DNA of 64,000 nt from the human T2T-CHM13v2.0 reference genome, Homo sapiens. Positions within the stretch are counted from its first letter, which is position 1; each line of letters starts with the position of its first letter. The stretch lies in NCBI RefSeq assembly GCF_009914755.1, contig NC_060930.1. One strand, given 5' to 3'. Under the pieces are notes generated by a model, which worked only from the letters and a program-made list of their open reading frames with translations, did no database searches and was not told where the DNA came from. Of this stretch, positions 59,940-64,000 are shown one piece after another. A program made the position numbers and the translations under genes.

Positions 59940-60150
59940 GAGCAACTGCTCTCTACAAGCCCCATGTGAGGTGCTAGATGTACAACATCTCATAAGTACA
60001 TACAAAAGCCGTGAACTGTAGGCATTACTTGCAGATGACAAACTAGGCTCAGAAAAGTTCAGTAGCTTGGTCAAGTTCACACAGCCAGTGAGCTCCATGC
60101 TTTTGGCTCTGAGGCCCTGGTTGGCTTCTCCTAAACACACCACCTAACAA
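59940..60150 (-). mobile_element. MIR
   Basis: cttgcagatgacaaactaggctcagaaaag..caagttcacacagccagtga. Confidence 0.65.
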
Positions 60151-61717
60151 TGCTACCATATGTCAAACTCAACACTAAGGCAGACTCGCCTAAGACACCC
60201 ACCCAGAGCCCAGTGGTTCCTACAATCGGAAAATCACATAAAAGAAAGTTTTGACATGAGACCGGCTGTCAAATAGACACCTCTGCAGGCCAGGGGTGTG
60301 TGTGTCTAAAACCAACTGGGTGGCCACATTGTTCTGCAGTCTGTTTGCCTTCCAGTGCTTTCTTTCCTGCCTGTCATGCAGATAATTGTGTAGTGTGTCC
60401 CAAGCAACAGGACGCATCAGTTTCCCTAATTTATGGAGTCAGCCTAAACTCCTTTTGTTTATGACCACAACACACTAACTCTGTATGTTAGATGTTTCCA
60501 ACAAGCATCAAAGCCTCAATTGTTACTGTCTTTTGTTTTGTTTTCCAGTTCTGCTAATGCAAGGGACAGCCTGTCCTGGTATTTATTACTAGAGTAATGT
60601 CAGGTTTGGGGTTAGCTCATAAAATACCTCTCTAGTTTGGCTTTCTTTGCAAGAGATCAAAACATTCTTTTTTCTTTAATGGCACCATCAAAAAGAATCA
60701 ACATATAAACATGTTTCAATAGGCATTCTTTTTCCTCTTGTGGTTTCTCAGTATTTGGAACTCTGTATTATTATCTTTTGCTTACAAATGATAAAATATT
60801 TCACTATTTTCTTGCAAGCCTTTTCGGAGACTCTTTATCATTTTGGTTGACAATTAGTGTTTTGTGTCATTTTTTGGTAATAATATTTTGGGGAAAAAAA
60901 CTACCCTAGTAATATTTGGTTTATCAGGTGACTTGATCTGGGGGGACGCTGAGGAAAATGAGGTATACTTTTATCTCGTTTCTTCCATCCCATTCTTCCA
61001 CCTTTCTTCCTTTTCTCTCTTAGCAAAAGCCTTTACTACATATTCCTATAGCTTCTTAGTCTTTTTACTTCGTTGGCAAAAGAAAAATAGCATGAGATTA
61101 AAATACAATTGCTGCCTTCTTCCTTTATAGCACAGACTTCCCACTCATAAACTCCTGTCAATGCTGGTAAGAAAAATCAGACTACTATTTTATCACTGCG
61201 GGAGAACTAACACAGCATACTTTACCTTTCTGCAAATAATTCCGTCAGATTCAGCATTTCCAAAACGTTTTCTACTCATTATAAAAGCCCTACAAACGCC
61301 AAATGGACAATAAACAGGCTCCACCCCAAAGGCAGGCTCACTGTTAATGGGGGAACATGAGAAGCATCCCATTAAAAATAGGAACAACATGAGGATGTCT
61401 ACCATCATCTCTGTTATTTAACACTGATCTGTTAAACTTAGCCAATTTAACTGCATAAGAGAAATAAATAAGGGATATAAAAATTATAACAGGCAGAAAA
61501 ATTATTATTTATAAATGCTATGATCTGAGCAAGTCAATTGAACAACTTATTAATTAGAGAATTCTGTAGGGTAACTGAAACAAAAGAATATACAAAAATC
61601 AATAACCTTTCTAAAGGACAACCAGTAAAAAGGTATCCCATATTTAAATAACAACAAAAATATAAAATGCCTAGGGATAAACTGAAGGAGGACTATATGC
61701 AAGATCTACATAAAGAG

Positions 61718-62022
61718 GGCTGGGTGCAGTGGCTCAGGCCTATTATTCCAGCACTTTGGGAGGGCGAGGTGGGCAGATCACTTGAGGTCAGGAGTTCGAG
61801 ACCAGCCTAACCAAACATGGTAAAACGCCGTCTCTACTAAAAATACAAAAAAATTAGCCAGGTGTGGTGGCAGACACCTGTAGTCCCAGTTACTGGGGAG
61901 GCTAAGGCACAAGAATCGCTTGAACCTGGGAGCCAGAGGTTTCAGTGAGCCAAGATTGTGCCACTGCACTTTAGCCTGGGAAACAGAGTGAAACCCCATT
62001 TCAAAAAAAAAAAAAAAAAAAA
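61718..62022 (+). mobile_element. AluSx-like
   Basis: TSD atctacataaaga on both sides. Confidence 0.94.
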
Positions 62023-62830
62023 CAAATCTACATAAAGAAGAATGTTAAATACTACTGAGGGACAGAGGAGGAGATAGGAACAACTGCAAAGGTCTATCTT
62101 CTTCTTGAATAGAAAGTCAATATCAAGAGAATAATTCTTTCTATATTTATCTATAAACTTATATGATGTCAAAAATACAAATTAGAAAGCTAATTCTGAA
62201 GTTCCTATGGAAAAATAAACAGGAAAGAATGGCCATAACAATGATATAAAAAGAAATAAGAAAAGAATACCATACCGATATTAAAAATATTATAAAGCCT
62301 TAGAAAGTAAAACAGTGTGCATGGGCACAGGAATACTTAGCAAGGTCAACAGAAAAGAGGTCGATCCAAATGAATACTGGACTTCAGTGAATGATATGGG
62401 TGTCACTGCACTTTAGTGGGAGGAAGGACTTCCAATAATTGGACGGCCACCTAAAAAAATATAGATCCCTAATTCACATCCTGCACTAAAATAAATCCCA
62501 AGGTGACCAAAGATTTGAACGTAAAAAATGAAAGCATAAAAATATGAGAAAGAACCTTGAAAACATTACGCTAAGTGGAAAAGTCAGTTGTGTAAGGCCA
62601 CACATTATATGGTTCCATTTATATGAGATGTCTAGGACAGGCAAATCCATAGAGATAAAACATAGATTAAGTGGATACCAGGGGCCAGAAGGTAGAGGAA
62701 ATGGGGGAGTGGGTGCTTAATGGGTAAAGGTTTTCTTTTTGGAGTAATGAAAATGTAAAATTAGGTTTTGATGATGATTGTATAATTCTATGAATAGATT
62801 AAAAACCCATTTATTAAAAGACTGCATTGT

Positions 62831-63005
62831 GGCTGGGCACAGTGGCTCACACCTGTAATCCTAGCACTTTAGAAGGCTAAGGCAGGAGGCTGCTTGAGCC
62901 CAGGAGTTCCAGGTTGCAGTAAGCTGTGACTGCACCACTGCACTCCAGCCTGGGTGACAGAGCGAGATCCTGTGTCAAAAAAAAAAAAAAAAAAGAAAAA
63001 AAAAA
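62831..63005 (+). mobile_element. Alu monomer (FRAM/FAM-like or left-right recombinant)
   Basis: Single ~145-bp arm plus poly(A). Confidence 0.85.
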
Positions 63006-63045
63006 GGTAAGTTTTACGATATATGAATCATATCTCAATAAAACC

Positions 63046-63346
<301 letters not shown>

Positions 63347-64000
63347 AAAACTATTATTTTTAAAATACTAATAAAAAATACGAGACAATTTAAAAATTAT
63401 AATTACTGCGTAGAAGAGACCTAAGTATGTAAAAAAATTAAAAGCCAAAAAATAAAAATCTGATAAATAAGATGACTTTAATTTTTTAAAACCCTGCATG
63501 AAGAAAACATAAAGTCAAAAGACAAACGGAAAAATTTAAACTAAAATAGCATAAGACAAAAGGACTAATCTTTTTAGCTGTTACATGCTCCTAAAAAAAA
63601 AAGTCAATTCACAGGATAAACCAAAAACGTAGTAGAAAAATGGGCAACGAGGATGAATATACATTTCCCAGAAAAGAAAATAGGAACGGCTTTTAAACAT
63701 ATGAAAGTATATTCAACCACCACTATAATAACAGAAACCCATATTAAAGCTACTAGAATATAGTAGTTTTCACCTCTCAGATTGGCAAAGATCGTGAAGT
63801 TTAAAAACATCGTCTGTGGAGAAAAGCACACTCAAACAGTGCTAGCAGGAACATACAATAGGACGAATGCCAAATTGGAGGGCAATTTGGCAAGGTTTAC
63901 CAAAATTAAAACTGCATATTCCTTTTGATCCAACAATTCCCCTTTAGTAATTTCTCCTCCAGAGATCCTTGCTGACATACAACATGCTATTTATAGAGAG

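Overview
Primate (most likely human) euchromatic DNA that looks like the inside of a very long intron, or a gene-poor region. By eye it holds about 23 Alu copies or fragments (17 on +, 6 on -), many old L1 fragments, MIR and L2 relics, MaLR LTRs and DNA transposon relics (MER5, MER58A, MER63, MER44, Tigger3). I see no CpG island, RNA gene or CRISPR array, and no multi-exon CDS I can name. Nearly all ORFs in the track are Alu- or L1-derived or chance frames. The best non-repeat signals are minus-strand splicing elements: a candidate alternative last exon (49082->48778, 100 codons, C-terminus taken from an antisense MIR), a 15-nt microexon candidate (23625->23611) and AG|GT recursive-splice-like sites (38276, 35804). 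These, plus the mostly + orientation of L1/Alu, suggest a minus-strand host gene that I could not identify. There are also unusual retrotransposon structures: one target site used twice (three TSD copies), an Alu-L1 fusion inside a single TSD pair, a MIR piece inside a younger Alu, and a three-arm Alu. Two same-direction CTCF motifs are present. Repeat subfamilies and boundaries are visual estimates and should be confirmed with RepeatMasker. I found no evidence of a wholly new biological system.
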